Source: a virus (Duplodnaviria > Caudoviricetes). From it: DNA of 52,423 nucleotides. Position 1 is the first letter of the stretch, and every line of letters begins with the position of its first letter. Below the pieces are notes generated by a model. That model did not search any database. It was not told where the DNA came from and worked only from the letters and a program-made list of their open reading frames with translations. The DNA lies in IMG/VR virus record IMGVR_UViG_3300001918_000036, positions 1 through 52,423 of that record; one strand, written 5' to 3'. A program made the translations under genes and the position numbers. Positions 26,579 to 35,500 of this stretch are shown piece by piece.

Positions 26579-28276
26579 TCATTCGAGCCTTCTAGGGGCG
26601 GATACCGCCTGGTTAACAGCATTTTCAATAAATTCAGCTCCAACCGGATCATATCTCCGATACTCGTCAGCATCCAGCATCCAGGCAGTAAAGTGTTCTG
26701 CAAACCATTCCCTATCGTTGGTTTGAGAATATTCGCTGAGATTCTTTGCAGCTCCCGGTCGTGGTGGTGTGCCAGCCGTGAAATGTACCTGATGACCCAT
26801 CTCGTGCAGGTAGGTCACGAAATTTTGAGAATCTACGGCGCTGACTGAGTCACTCTGCCCCCTAGCTGCCGATGATGCCGACCAGCGAAGTTTGCTCTCG
26901 GAGTCACGAACTAAGGTTTGCACAACCTGCCTGAGCCGTGCAGGGTCGGGGGTGAAATCACTGCCTTGTCCAGCAGAATTAGTGGATACAACTACATGCC
27001 GAAACACATTAGCAGTAAAACCATTGGAACCGCTCTTGGGAGCGATCGCAATAGGCATCACCTTTTTGTTATTGAATCCCTTTTGATAGCGAAGTTGCTG
27101 CAACGCAAGCGTGACCTGCCTGGCTCGTGATTGCGAGCTATCCCATAGAAAAACCTGAAGATCTTGCTGTTGAACAAACTGTCGAAACAGGCCAACTCTC
27201 CCACTCGCCCCAGGAGTATCGATTGAATCCAGTGCTGAATCCAACGAATTTGGCTTAAAGCGTTGATTTAGCGTTATGACATGACCTTCAGGCATAGCAG
27301 AAGGTGAGGTTACGCTGCCCCTGTTCTGCGATCTCCCGCTTTGCTGTGGTGGATTTAGGCGAGCTTGCCCCGGTTTCCAGATTGGCTCAGGTGCGGTGGT
27401 GAGACCTGCTGCCCGCTCAAAGGGTGATGGGCCATAGTTAGGACTTCCGCCATCCCGTTCCAGGTCGCGGAGGCGATCGCTCACGTATTGAGCCATGAAT
27501 TCATCGTCAGTATCCCAGGAAGCTTTCCAGGGAACCGGGATGCATCTGCACCGGGGGTGTGCTGGGATGCGGATTTTTCCGGTTTCATACACCCGACCAT
27601 TACGGGCCACGCAAAAAGGGCACACCTCGCCAACTGACACCACCCACTGCACCCCTTCAACGCCACCCTGCTGGTATCGCCGTTGCGCGGCATCGTTCAG
27701 GGCTGACATAGTTTCTGTGCGTGCGATCGTCTCCGCACGGAACCGGGTGATGCCCAGTTGCCCTCTCAACTGCTCTGTGGCCCTGCGTGGTCCCCACCCC
27801 TGGATGAGCGATTGCTCGATGATGCCGCTTGCTCTCCCCCGGAACTCCTCATTCCAGCGATACAGTCGCCGCACCCCATCACGGGCCTGCAACGCTACTG
27901 CCTCAATCGGGATAGCCGTGTACTGGCGAAGGTCACTGTTAGGGGCGATCGCCGCTGCCAGTTCCCCAGCCATCTCTGCCCCCAGGGCTTCAGCCTCTTG
28001 CAGCATGGCCTCAAACCTTTGCGTGTATGCCTCTTCCTGGCTGGGGTCGATGATGTCGAGTAGTGGCCCCAGCTCCGACATCAGGGCTGCTGCCTGCGCC
28101 CGTGCGGTGAGGCTCAACTGCTCATCCTGCATCCGGCTGTACAACCGCACAAATTCTGCTTCCAGGTCGTCGTAGGCTGCCAGCAGCGAGGCATCGAGCG
28201 ACCGCACAACGTTGTCTTCCAGGTCGTTCGCTACTCCGTCGTACCGTTGGATTAGCCGTAGCGCTTCCTCATTCAC
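26579..28276 (-). CDS. MuF/SPP1 gp7 head morphogenesis protein with a C-terminal zinc metallopeptidase domain
   Basis: RAETIARTE..CPFC..HPRCRC (MuF), then YLHEMGHQVH...SEYSQTNDREWFAEHF. Confidence 0.88.
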   Translation of the reverse strand: MNEEALRLIQRYDGVANDLEDNVVRSLDASLLAAYDDLEAEFVRLYSRMQDEQLSLTARAQAAALMSELGPLLDIIDPSQEEAYTQRFEAMLQEAEALGAEMAGELAAAIAPNSDLRQYTAIPIEAVALQARDGVRRLYRWNEEFRGRASGIIEQSLIQGWGPRRATEQLRGQLGITRFRAETIARTETMSALNDAAQRRYQQGGVEGVQWVVSVGEVCPFCVARNGRVYETGKIRIPAHPRCRCIPVPWKASWDTDDEFMAQYVSDRLRDLERDGGSPNYGPSPFERAAGLTTAPEPIWKPGQARLNPPQQSGRSQNRGSVTSPSAMPEGHVITLNQRFKPNSLDSALDSIDTPGASGRVGLFRQFVQQQDLQVFLWDSSQSRARQVTLALQQLRYQKGFNNKKVMPIAIAPKSGSNGFTANVFRHVVVSTNSAGQGSDFTPDPARLRQVVQTLVRDSESKLRWSASSAARGQSDSVSAVDSQNFVTYLHEMGHQVHFTAGTPPRPGAAKNLSEYSQTNDREWFAEHFTAWMLDADEYRRYDPVGAEFIENAVNQAVSAPRRLE

Positions 28277-28389
28277 TCCGTCACCTTCAGCCAAAACTCA
28301 ACCTTCGCCTCAGGGTTGGAGCCGCTCAGGTGAAAGGCTAAGGCCAGAAATTCTTCCATCTCCAGGGGGCGATCGCCGCTCTGCACCAT
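28273..28389 (-). CDS. Small hypothetical protein (38 aa)
   Basis: GAGG RBS; stop overlaps the MuF GTG (GTGA). Confidence 0.45.
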   Translation of the reverse strand: MVQSGDRPLEMEEFLALAFHLSGSNPEAKVEFWLKVTE

Positions 28390-28414
28390 CACCTCGCAGC
28401 CTGGAATCACAAAG

Positions 28415-29878
28415 TTACGCCGCTGCGGGGGTTGGATTTGGGTCTCTGGTTCCGTTTGCGGGGGCTGGGTCTTCCGTTTGCTGTTGCCTTTGCCTGCTGC
28501 TGCCATTGCCGTTATCTCCTAGCCCCATCGGGTCTGGGGGTGTGCGTCGTGCGGTCTGGGTTCGCTTCTCCTCATCGATGAGGGCTATCTCTGCGTCGGG
28601 GTCATCGGCCAGTCCAGATTTGGCGATCGCCGACGCTCGGCTCAATAGTCCGGCCTGATAGTCGGCCCGAATCTCAGCACGTTCTGGTGCACTAAGCTTT
28701 CCAGTCGTGATGCTTAGTTCCACCACAGCTTCAAGGTCCTCATAGCCAAGAATCCTCAGCACGATATTCAGGGTGTTGGCGATCGCCGACTCAATGGGGC
28801 GTTTCCAGCCGCGCAGATGCAGCTCAAACCCTGCACGGGCCTGAAGCCGGGATTCGCCTGATAAGCCGCCGTCGCCCGTGCTCAGTAGGTGCCCCTGGCG
28901 AAATTCCAGGTAGAGCAGGGTGCGGTTGATTTGGATGGATTGCTCAAAGGTCGAAATCTGTACTGGCTGCGATTCGTAGATAGATGGGCTGGTGTAGCTG
29001 GGGTTCTGCTCGTCCCCGCTGGGGATGCCGTAAAGGTATTGGTCGATTCCAGGGCCGCGCTCCACCTCAATCGGGTTGCCGTCCTCATCCTGAGGAAATT
29101 CTGCATTCAGTAGGGTGCGCTCGCGAAACCCGGCAATTTCCTGATTTCGCACCATCATGGTCAGCGAATGGCAGATGGCCCCCTGCTTCTGCTTTGCGCT
29201 GGGGGTCAGTAGTGATGGCATACGGATGGACTGGCAGAGCCAGCGGCCACCCGTATCAAGGGTTATAGGCTCTGCGCCAGTCCCATCTGCAATGACGAGT
29301 TTCCGGTCCTCGTTAAATTGCTGGGTTTCCGTTCCCTGAGCGTGGCTGTAGGTGAGCTTATCCACAAAGCCATCCATACCCCTGGTCACCTGCACAGAAC
29401 CCGCCTTGGGGGCGTGCAGATGAATCCTGTGGAGCGGGTCTGGATCATTGGAAAAACGTTCTGGTTGCCACAACCGCAGCGAACCCTCGCCTGTAACTCC
29501 GACGGATAAAACAAATTCGCTCCACGGGTCGGACTGCTGGAAATTGGTGGCCAGTGGGTCAATTTCTAAGCTCTGCTGCTCTACCCAATCGATCCACCGT
29601 TGCAGTAGGCCCTCTGCCTGGGTGACGCGATCGCCCTCTGCCCTCTGCCCTGTGCTGTCTTTCAGATGCCAGGTAAATGGCTCCGAGATGAGGCCGTCCT
29701 TCCAATTGCCCACCAGCTCTGCCACCACGTTGTGGCCCTGAAAAACGCGCCTCAGGGCTGCCATGCGATCGGTGTATTTGGGATCGCGCGGGTTGAACGT
29801 AGGCCCGATCCAGGCCACGTTGAACAGGTCATCCCCCTTGTAATAGGCAATATTCTCTTGGATTAAGTTGGAGGCCAT
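28415..29878 (-). CDS. Portal protein
   Basis: 487 aa between TerL and MuF; YYKGD, SGESR and DPDAEIALIDEE motifs (SPP1 gp6-like). Confidence 0.85.
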   Translation of the reverse strand: MASNLIQENIAYYKGDDLFNVAWIGPTFNPRDPKYTDRMAALRRVFQGHNVVAELVGNWKDGLISEPFTWHLKDSTGQRAEGDRVTQAEGLLQRWIDWVEQQSLEIDPLATNFQQSDPWSEFVLSVGVTGEGSLRLWQPERFSNDPDPLHRIHLHAPKAGSVQVTRGMDGFVDKLTYSHAQGTETQQFNEDRKLVIADGTGAEPITLDTGGRWLCQSIRMPSLLTPSAKQKQGAICHSLTMMVRNQEIAGFRERTLLNAEFPQDEDGNPIEVERGPGIDQYLYGIPSGDEQNPSYTSPSIYESQPVQISTFEQSIQINRTLLYLEFRQGHLLSTGDGGLSGESRLQARAGFELHLRGWKRPIESAIANTLNIVLRILGYEDLEAVVELSITTGKLSAPERAEIRADYQAGLLSRASAIAKSGLADDPDAEIALIDEEKRTQTARRTPPDPMGLGDNGNGSSRQRQQQTEDPAPANGTRDPNPTPAAA

Positions 29879-29909
29879 GTGGGAATACGCAGGCGATCGC
29901 TACGGCCTG

Positions 29910-29918
29910 AGTATTCCT
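29910..29918 (-). promoter_or_regulatory. Putative late promoter -10 element AGGAATACT
   Basis: RGGAAYNNT match about 35 nt upstream of the portal ATG. Confidence 0.5.
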
Positions 29919-29927
29919 GAGAGACGC

Positions 29928-31271
29928 TTATCCCCAGTTAGAGGCAGATCTAGCCCTGTGACCCTTGGCTGGTTTCCGTGCCTTCATGACGGGTTCAAGA
30001 GCATAGCGGAGCGCATCGATGAGGTGGTTGTGCGCGTCGATAATGATGGGCAACACGTCTCCACTAAGGCGATCGACCTTGTAGCTGTAAAGCCGCGCCT
30101 CTTCAATAGCGTGCTTACACCTGGGATGGAACACAATCTGCTCGTAACTCCGCAGATGGGCGATGCCATCCTCCACAGAACCTGCCCCTTTCACAGCTCC
30201 AACCAGTTGCGGGATTGCAGGGCATCCAGCATCGTTACCCGATGGCGATCGCCCCTTTCGCACATGATTGATGGACTCAGGCCGTGAGCTGTCGGCCCTC
30301 ACTGGGTAACGGTCGATTTCCGGAATATCAGCCAGCCACAGTGCCCCTACATCATCCAACTCCAGGCTGTGGGCATAGCTCTCGCGCTCCACGTACAGCT
30401 TCCGGCCATAAATCCAGCAGCGCACCGCTGTGGTCGGGTCAGAGCCAAAACCCCAGTCGCCTCCGTGGTAGGGGCCATCCCAATCAGCACCAGGCTCAAA
30501 CTCTGCGATCGCCCACTTGCCATTCAGAATCTGAGCATGCGACCGCACCCAGAAACCGCCTTCCCAAATGTGTTGGTAAGCATCTGGATCGGTCGCAGCC
30601 ATCTCGCGCCGCTCCTCATCCAGCACCGATGGGAAATGGGGGTTTTCGTCCCAGTTGACTCGCCGCACATAGGCATTCTGGCGAGTTTTGGCTACTAGCT
30701 CCTGATAGACCGTATCCGCTTCATTTAATGGGTTAAAGGAAACCCAAACCTCGCTCCCCTCCTCTCGAATGGTGGGGATGACGGTTCTCCAGGATTCCTG
30801 GCTGATGGTCTGCGCCTCCTCAAACCAGCAGTGAGTAATGCCAGCCATCGATTTGATGCTGGAGACGTTGTGCCTCACCCCTTTAAACAGGAACTGGGAG
30901 CCATTCAGGCCAATGATGGTATCCGTCTGCACCCGGTAGAAATCATCCAGGCCCAGCTCAGAAATCCGCTCCTTGAGTAGGGCATGAACCGATTCCTTGA
31001 TGGATTCCTGGAACTCGCGAGCGCACAGCACACGGATTTTGCGAGCCAGGCCCGTGATGAGCAGCGCATCGGCGATCGCATAACTCTTACCACTGCCACG
31101 GCCCCCGTAGAGGCACTTGTAACGAGCCGGGTCGAATAGGGGTCGTGCCCACTCCACAATTGCTGCTGCTAGCCGTGCAGCATCTTCTGGGCGATCGCTC
31201 CCCTCGGCAATGCCCAACTCCGCCTCTAATCCTTCAACAAAATCCTGCTTTAGGCTCGCTGCTGTTGCCAC
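29928..31271 (-). CDS. terL: Terminase large subunit, PBSX family
   Basis: YGGRGSGKS, WFEEA, SFNP, DWGFGSDP and HNHLIDALRYA motifs. Confidence 0.96.
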   Translation of the reverse strand: MATAASLKQDFVEGLEAELGIAEGSDRPEDAARLAAAIVEWARPLFDPARYKCLYGGRGSGKSYAIADALLITGLARKIRVLCAREFQESIKESVHALLKERISELGLDDFYRVQTDTIIGLNGSQFLFKGVRHNVSSIKSMAGITHCWFEEAQTISQESWRTVIPTIREEGSEVWVSFNPLNEADTVYQELVAKTRQNAYVRRVNWDENPHFPSVLDEERREMAATDPDAYQHIWEGGFWVRSHAQILNGKWAIAEFEPGADWDGPYHGGDWGFGSDPTTAVRCWIYGRKLYVERESYAHSLELDDVGALWLADIPEIDRYPVRADSSRPESINHVRKGRSPSGNDAGCPAIPQLVGAVKGAGSVEDGIAHLRSYEQIVFHPRCKHAIEEARLYSYKVDRLSGDVLPIIIDAHNHLIDALRYALEPVMKARKPAKGHRARSASNWG

Positions 31272-31759
31272 TGCCGTCTCAACTCAGCAGCAAATTCCTG
31301 GGGCGAGTAGCCGAGGGCGATCGCCCGTTCTGCTAAGGCTTCAGCCGTAGGTGGGGCCAGTTTTAACCGCAACTCAATCAACTTACAAAGGGCGCTGGCT
31401 AGGCTCGCCATATCCCGACCGCTGATCAGTGTGATTGGGCCATCATCCCCCACGCATTCCCGGCCTGCCATCATGCCACTTACGTCAGTCAGGGCCAGGT
31501 CTACAAGCTCTAACGGCTTAAAATCTTCAGGCTTCTGCGATCGCCTCGATCGAGTGGTGTTATCCTCTCTGGCTGCGCGGGCTTCGCTGATACCCACGAC
31601 CTTCCGAGCGGTCTTAAGGTCAGTCCATTTACCCTCTTCATCCTCCGTAGCCCAACGCTCTACTGTACGCCTGCTCACGCCAAGCTTTTGGGCTATCGCA
31701 TCCATCGATAGCCCTTCATTTAGGTACAGCCGCTTGCCTTCCGATCTGTTGTCCGACAC
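31250..31759 (-). CDS. terS: Terminase small subunit (N-terminal HTH)
   Basis: LYLNEGLSMDAIAQKLGVSRRTVERW; overlaps terL. Confidence 0.8.
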   Translation of the reverse strand: MSDNRSEGKRLYLNEGLSMDAIAQKLGVSRRTVERWATEDEEGKWTDLKTARKVVGISEARAAREDNTTRSRRSQKPEDFKPLELVDLALTDVSGMMAGRECVGDDGPITLISGRDMASLASALCKLIELRLKLAPPTAEALAERAIALGYSPQEFAAELRRQWQQQRA

Positions 31760-31826
31760 GTTCCGACATATTCCGATCCGACATTCTCAGAGTTCCCTCT
31801 GTGCTTGTGTTTCGTGGTTTGTCGGA
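31740..31826. repeat. TCCGACA repeats at the terS start; pac-site candidate
   Basis: Direct copies at 31752, 31762 and 31777; inverted copy at 31820. Confidence 0.55.
31789..31797 (-). promoter_or_regulatory. Putative late promoter -10 element GGGAACTCT
   Basis: RGGAAYNNT match about 33 nt upstream of terS, at the head of the late operon. Confidence 0.65.
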
Positions 31827-31864
31827 GCGTGAGATTTCTGACATTAGAGGACGATTGGGCAAGT

Positions 31865-32137
31865 TTATTCCACTACCCAAAAAGTTATGGCACGGGCACC
31901 CTCTGCTTCTTCTTCAACATATTCAAAGGGGTAAAACACGCCTTCCTGAGGATCTTCAACGGTTGCCACGTAGCTGTGAACTACTCTCCCCTCAGGTGGC
32001 TTGCCATACTCCGCCTCAATAGCGGATAGAAACTGCTCTGGATCGTGTTTGCCATAGGAGTAGTACCGGATAAACCTATCCTCTGAGCTAGGTTTAGTCA
32101 GTTCGAGGGGGTTTAATTCATTGCCTGTATTCATCAC
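31865..32137 (-). CDS. Hypothetical protein
   Basis: 90-aa ORF filling the gap. Confidence 0.6.
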   Translation of the reverse strand: MMNTGNELNPLELTKPSSEDRFIRYYSYGKHDPEQFLSAIEAEYGKPPEGRVVHSYVATVEDPQEGVFYPFEYVEEEAEGARAITFWVVE

Positions 32138-32188
32138 AGTTCACTTGAAAGGTTACTCCGCCAGTGTCTTCTATCCCCAAAACTTTCT

Positions 32189-32214
32189 TCAAGACAAGCT
32201 TAGGCTTGTCTTGA
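32189..32214. promoter_or_regulatory. Inverted repeat, operator-like
   Basis: TCAAGACAAGC TTAG GCTTGTCTTGA upstream of ORF 31865-32137. Confidence 0.45.
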
Positions 32215-32221
32215 CAGCGCT

Positions 32222-32244
32222 AAAAAAGCCCCCTTTTGGGGGCT
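32222..32244 (-). terminator. Intrinsic terminator of the HU gene
   Basis: GC stem followed by a U6 tract on the minus strand. Confidence 0.7.
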
Positions 32245-32278
32245 CGCATAGCTGTTGAGGAGGAGAACATTGAGGTCG

Positions 32279-32557
32279 TTATTCCGGAGATACCATCTCC
32301 TTGAAAAGTTTGCCTGCGCTGAATCCAGGAACCGTTGTGGCCGGGATTTCTATCGTTTCTCCTGTTTTTGGATTGCGGCCTTCGCGGGCCTTGCGCTCGC
32401 GGGGCTCGAAAGAACCGAAGCCTACCAGAACGACCTTTTCGCCCTGGGATACAGCTTCCATGATGGACTCCATCGCAGCAGTCACGATGCCTTCAGCAAC
32501 CTTCTTTGTGACATTGGCTTTCTCAGCCACTTTGTCCACCAGTTCACCTTTGTTCAT
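32279..32557 (-). CDS. hup: HU DNA-binding protein
   Basis: MNKGELVDKVAEKA...LVGFGSFE.RERKAREGRNPKTGE..IPA. Confidence 0.97.
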   Translation of the reverse strand: MNKGELVDKVAEKANVTKKVAEGIVTAAMESIMEAVSQGEKVVLVGFGSFEPRERKAREGRNPKTGETIEIPATTVPGFSAGKLFKEMVSPE

Positions 32558-32686
32558 AGTCAGATCTCCGAAAGGCTTGATTCAGGGGAATTGTAGCAAC
32601 AGTTCAGAAGTTTGAGACATGTTTGAGTTTTTTCTGCTTTTGGCTGCGATCGCCCTAACCACAAGCCTTTTCCTGGATTCTGCCAC

Positions 32687-33487
32687 TCACAACCCCAGAT
32701 AGTTGCTGCTGGAGTCGTCTGGAGAGGCTTCCAGGTATACGTTCGTCACCGCAATGCTGCTGTGGCCCAGAGTATCGCGCACCAACTGTAGAGGGGCACC
32801 CCCAGCTAGCGAGTGTTGGGCATGAGCGTGCCGGAGCCAGTGCGGAGATACGTTCTCACCCAATCCAGCACGTCTGGCCGCTGCCTTCACCACAGCCCAC
32901 AGCGTAAACCGTGTCAGTCCGAAAACTGGGGCCGTTTGGGGGCGATCGCCCCGCAACTGACGTACCAAACCCCACACCTGCTCTGGCAACAGTACCACCC
33001 GCGATTTGCCGCCCTTGCCCTGGAGTCGGCACTGCACCGCACCGCCGTCGCGTTCCTGAAGGTCAGCCCAGGTAAGGCTGCACACCTCAGAGGCTCTAGC
33101 ACCCGTGCCATACAGCAGGGCCAGCACTGCTTTATCCTGAGCTTCCGGCACGTCCAGTAGTGCTCGCACTTGGTCACGGCTGAGAATTCTCCCAGCCAGA
33201 TTCATCCGGCCTACTTTCAGCTTCACCGCAGCAGCCGGAGATTTGGGAAGTGCCCCCACCTCCACAGCAAAGGCCAGAAAGCTTTTCAGGGCTGCCAGCT
33301 TGTTGCGGCGCGTGGTGTGTTTTAGGTGGCCCAGGCTATCGCTCCACGCCTGGACATCCTCCAAGCTCACTTCCGCCAGAGGCTTTTTCACAAACTCTTT
33401 AAACTGCCGGATCGATAGGGCGTAGTTGTTCTGGGTGGTGGTTGGGCGATCGTGCAACCACTGCTCAATCAGTTTCTGCTCTTGCAT
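32687..33487 (-). CDS. Xer-like tyrosine recombinase/resolvase
   Basis: TGARASE, GKGGKSR, SPHWLRH, LGHSSI and VY catalytic residues; no arm-binding domain; GGAGG before ATG 33487. Confidence 0.93.
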   Translation of the reverse strand: MQEQKLIEQWLHDRPTTTQNNYALSIRQFKEFVKKPLAEVSLEDVQAWSDSLGHLKHTTRRNKLAALKSFLAFAVEVGALPKSPAAAVKLKVGRMNLAGRILSRDQVRALLDVPEAQDKAVLALLYGTGARASEVCSLTWADLQERDGGAVQCRLQGKGGKSRVVLLPEQVWGLVRQLRGDRPQTAPVFGLTRFTLWAVVKAAARRAGLGENVSPHWLRHAHAQHSLAGGAPLQLVRDTLGHSSIAVTNVYLEASPDDSSSNYLGL

Positions 33488-33513
33488 TTTCGGGTTCCTC
33501 CACTGATGGGGTT

Positions 33514-33541
33514 CCCGCACACAACTGGGGTTGTGTTGAAA
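33514..33541 (+). other. dif-like 11-6-11 recombination site
   Basis: CCCGCACACAA CTGGGG TTGTGTTGAAA versus E. coli dif GGTGCGCATAA TGTATA TTATGTTAAAT (arms match 6/11 and 8/11). Confidence 0.6.
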
Positions 33542-33620
33542 CTGTTGAGAGTTTTGTTTAGAAGTTTTGTGAAGTTGGGAGGTTTTTTCCGTGGATCCTC
33601 GCGTATGCCTTTAGGCGTAG

Positions 33621-34508
33621 ATGGCTACGCTTGGATCAGCAATTTACGATCGGAAATTGCTGACTCGCTTCGCCTCACCTCACTACCCTGACGGTTCGCC
33701 GTTCCTGAAAATCCGTATGCCATCTATTCATGTCTGCGAGCGCGCCTGGGCGGAGGTCAGGCGTGTTAACCCAAAGCAGGCAAACCCAAAGCAGAAGACA
33801 GCAGAGCTTTTTGCCCTCTACCTGGAAACCCGTTCCACTCTTCTACGCAATCAAATCTCCCTTATCAACCAGGGCCTGGTGGTGGCGATCGCTGAGCGAT
33901 ATGCCGCCCATTGTTCGCTTCCCCTGGAAGATCTGATTCAGCTAGGCCACATCGGCCTGATCCGCGCCATTGAGAAGTTCGATCCCGCTGAGGGAGTTGC
34001 CTTTAGCAGTTTTGCGGTGCCCTATATCAAGGGTGAGATGCAACATTTTCAACGGGATAAGAAAAACCTGGCTAAGGTGCCCCGCCGCTGGCAGGAAACC
34101 AGCGATAGCGCCCGAATGCTGCAATCCAAGCTGGCCAAAGCTGGCCGCGCTGACCTGAGCCTGGATGAAGTTGCCCATAAGGGTCTAAATCTCCCCCCTG
34201 ATCAGTGGAAGGCCATTCATCAGGCAACACAAAGCCAGGTCTGGATCAGTCTGGACGAAGAGAACCACGATTTAGCGGCTACCCCTGGCCTATCCCTGGA
34301 AGCTCGCGAACAGATCGAAGCAATGCAGGATGCAGCCATTGCAGCCCTGGATTCTTTGCCAGAGTTGGAGCGGGCCTGTTTATTGGAGCGCTTCTGGGGA
34401 GAGTTGGGTGAAGACGTTATTGGGAAGCGACATCGCATCAGCACCGTTGAGGTGCAGCAGGCGATCGCCAGTGGTTTGCAACACTTACGGGAGATTGCCG
34501 CCGTATGA
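33621..34508 (+). CDS. Group 3 sigma-70 factor, SigB/SigF/SigJ-like
   Basis: LRNQI...NQGLV...EDLIQLGHIGLIRAIEKFDP..G.AFSSFAVPYIKGEMQHF.RD; start uncertain. Confidence 0.92.
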   Translation: MATLGSAIYDRKLLTRFASPHYPDGSPFLKIRMPSIHVCERAWAEVRRVNPKQANPKQKTAELFALYLETRSTLLRNQISLINQGLVVAIAERYAAHCSLPLEDLIQLGHIGLIRAIEKFDPAEGVAFSSFAVPYIKGEMQHFQRDKKNLAKVPRRWQETSDSARMLQSKLAKAGRADLSLDEVAHKGLNLPPDQWKAIHQATQSQVWISLDEENHDLAATPGLSLEAREQIEAMQDAAIAALDSLPELERACLLERFWGELGEDVIGKRHRISTVEVQQAIASGLQHLREIAAV

Positions 34509-35230
34509 TGACTATCGAAATTTTGACCGTCAGCGAGCAGAATGAACTGAGCCGCCTGGAGGAACGCATCGCCCTTTCCTTCTACGAAGCAGGGCGGGCA
34601 TTGGCGGCAATCCGCGACAGGAAGCTCTATCGAGCTACTCACTCAAGCTTTGAAGCTTACTGTGATGGTCGCTGGAAATTTAGCCGCCAGCAGGCTTACC
34701 GCCTCATTGATGCCGCTGAAGTGGCCGAAGATCTGTCACCAATTGGTGACACTGGCACTCCCCAGCCAGTCAACGAGGCTCAATGCAGATCGCTCACACC
34801 GCTGGCACCGGAGCAACGGCGCGAAGCCTGGGTAGAAGCCGTCAACTCAGCCGAGGGCGATCGCCCCACCGCAGCCGAGGTGAAACAGGCCGTCGATAGG
34901 TTGCAACGTCGCAACAATGCCCTGACCCCTGGAAGCCGTGCCCTAGTCGTGGCCGGAGAGCACAAGGGCAAAGAAGTAGTGGTGGGGAAGGTAGAGAATG
35001 GGGCGATCGCCCACAGTGCTCTACCCGATGAAGGTTCTTACCCATTCATGGTTGGGGAACTGGAGGTGGTAGAACTGGCACCGGCTCCGGAGCCTGCACC
35101 TAAGAAACCCAGCCTCAAAGACGAGTGTGATGCACTGAAATCCCTGCTACGTCAGGTTTATGAGGCGTTCGTTGACGATCGAGAGCTAGATGAAGATCTG
35201 GTAGTGGCCATCGAACGCGCCCTGGCGTAG
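34505..35230 (+). CDS. Putative DNA-binding protein (DUF3102-like helical/HTH domain)
   Basis: FYEAGRAL..IRDRKLYR.TH.SFE.YC...FSR..AYRLI.AA...P.NE.Q.R.L. Confidence 0.65.
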   Translation: MMTIEILTVSEQNELSRLEERIALSFYEAGRALAAIRDRKLYRATHSSFEAYCDGRWKFSRQQAYRLIDAAEVAEDLSPIGDTGTPQPVNEAQCRSLTPLAPEQRREAWVEAVNSAEGDRPTAAEVKQAVDRLQRRNNALTPGSRALVVAGEHKGKEVVVGKVENGAIAHSALPDEGSYPFMVGELEVVELAPAPEPAPKKPSLKDECDALKSLLRQVYEAFVDDRELDEDLVVAIERALA

Positions 35231-35239
35231 GGGAACGTT
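35231..35239 (+). promoter_or_regulatory. Putative late promoter -10 element GGGAACGTT
   Basis: RGGAAYNNT match about 28 nt upstream of ATG 35264. Confidence 0.55.
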
Positions 35240-35263
35240 CCGGGGGAGAGCGGAGTACCCCCA

Positions 35264-35497
35264 ATGGCCTCAAAATCCTGGCACCAGAAGCTTCTGTGCA
35301 CTGAAACTACCTTTCATACGCTGGCCATAGCCTGTGTGTTGAAGGCACTTACGGCTCCTTCTGGAGAGGCAATGGCCTGGATTGCTGCGGCTGGAAGTGT
35401 TTCGGCACTGGGGCGATCGATGCCAACCGAGAAGGTGGACGATGCACTCTCAATTCCACTGGTGAAACCCCAGGAAAACAGCCCTCCTGAGTTCTAG
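35264..35497 (+). CDS. Small membrane protein, holin candidate
   Basis: 77 aa; two moderately hydrophobic segments and a charged tail; GGAG RBS. Confidence 0.45.
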   Translation: MASKSWHQKLLCTETTFHTLAIACVLKALTAPSGEAMAWIAAAGSVSALGRSMPTEKVDDALSIPLVKPQENSPPEF

Positions 35498-35500
35498 GAG

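Noticed and set aside
33508-33516. GGGAACCCC before the recombinase as a late promoter
   Set aside because: Lacks the invariant T9 and overlaps the dif-like site; left out of the regulon
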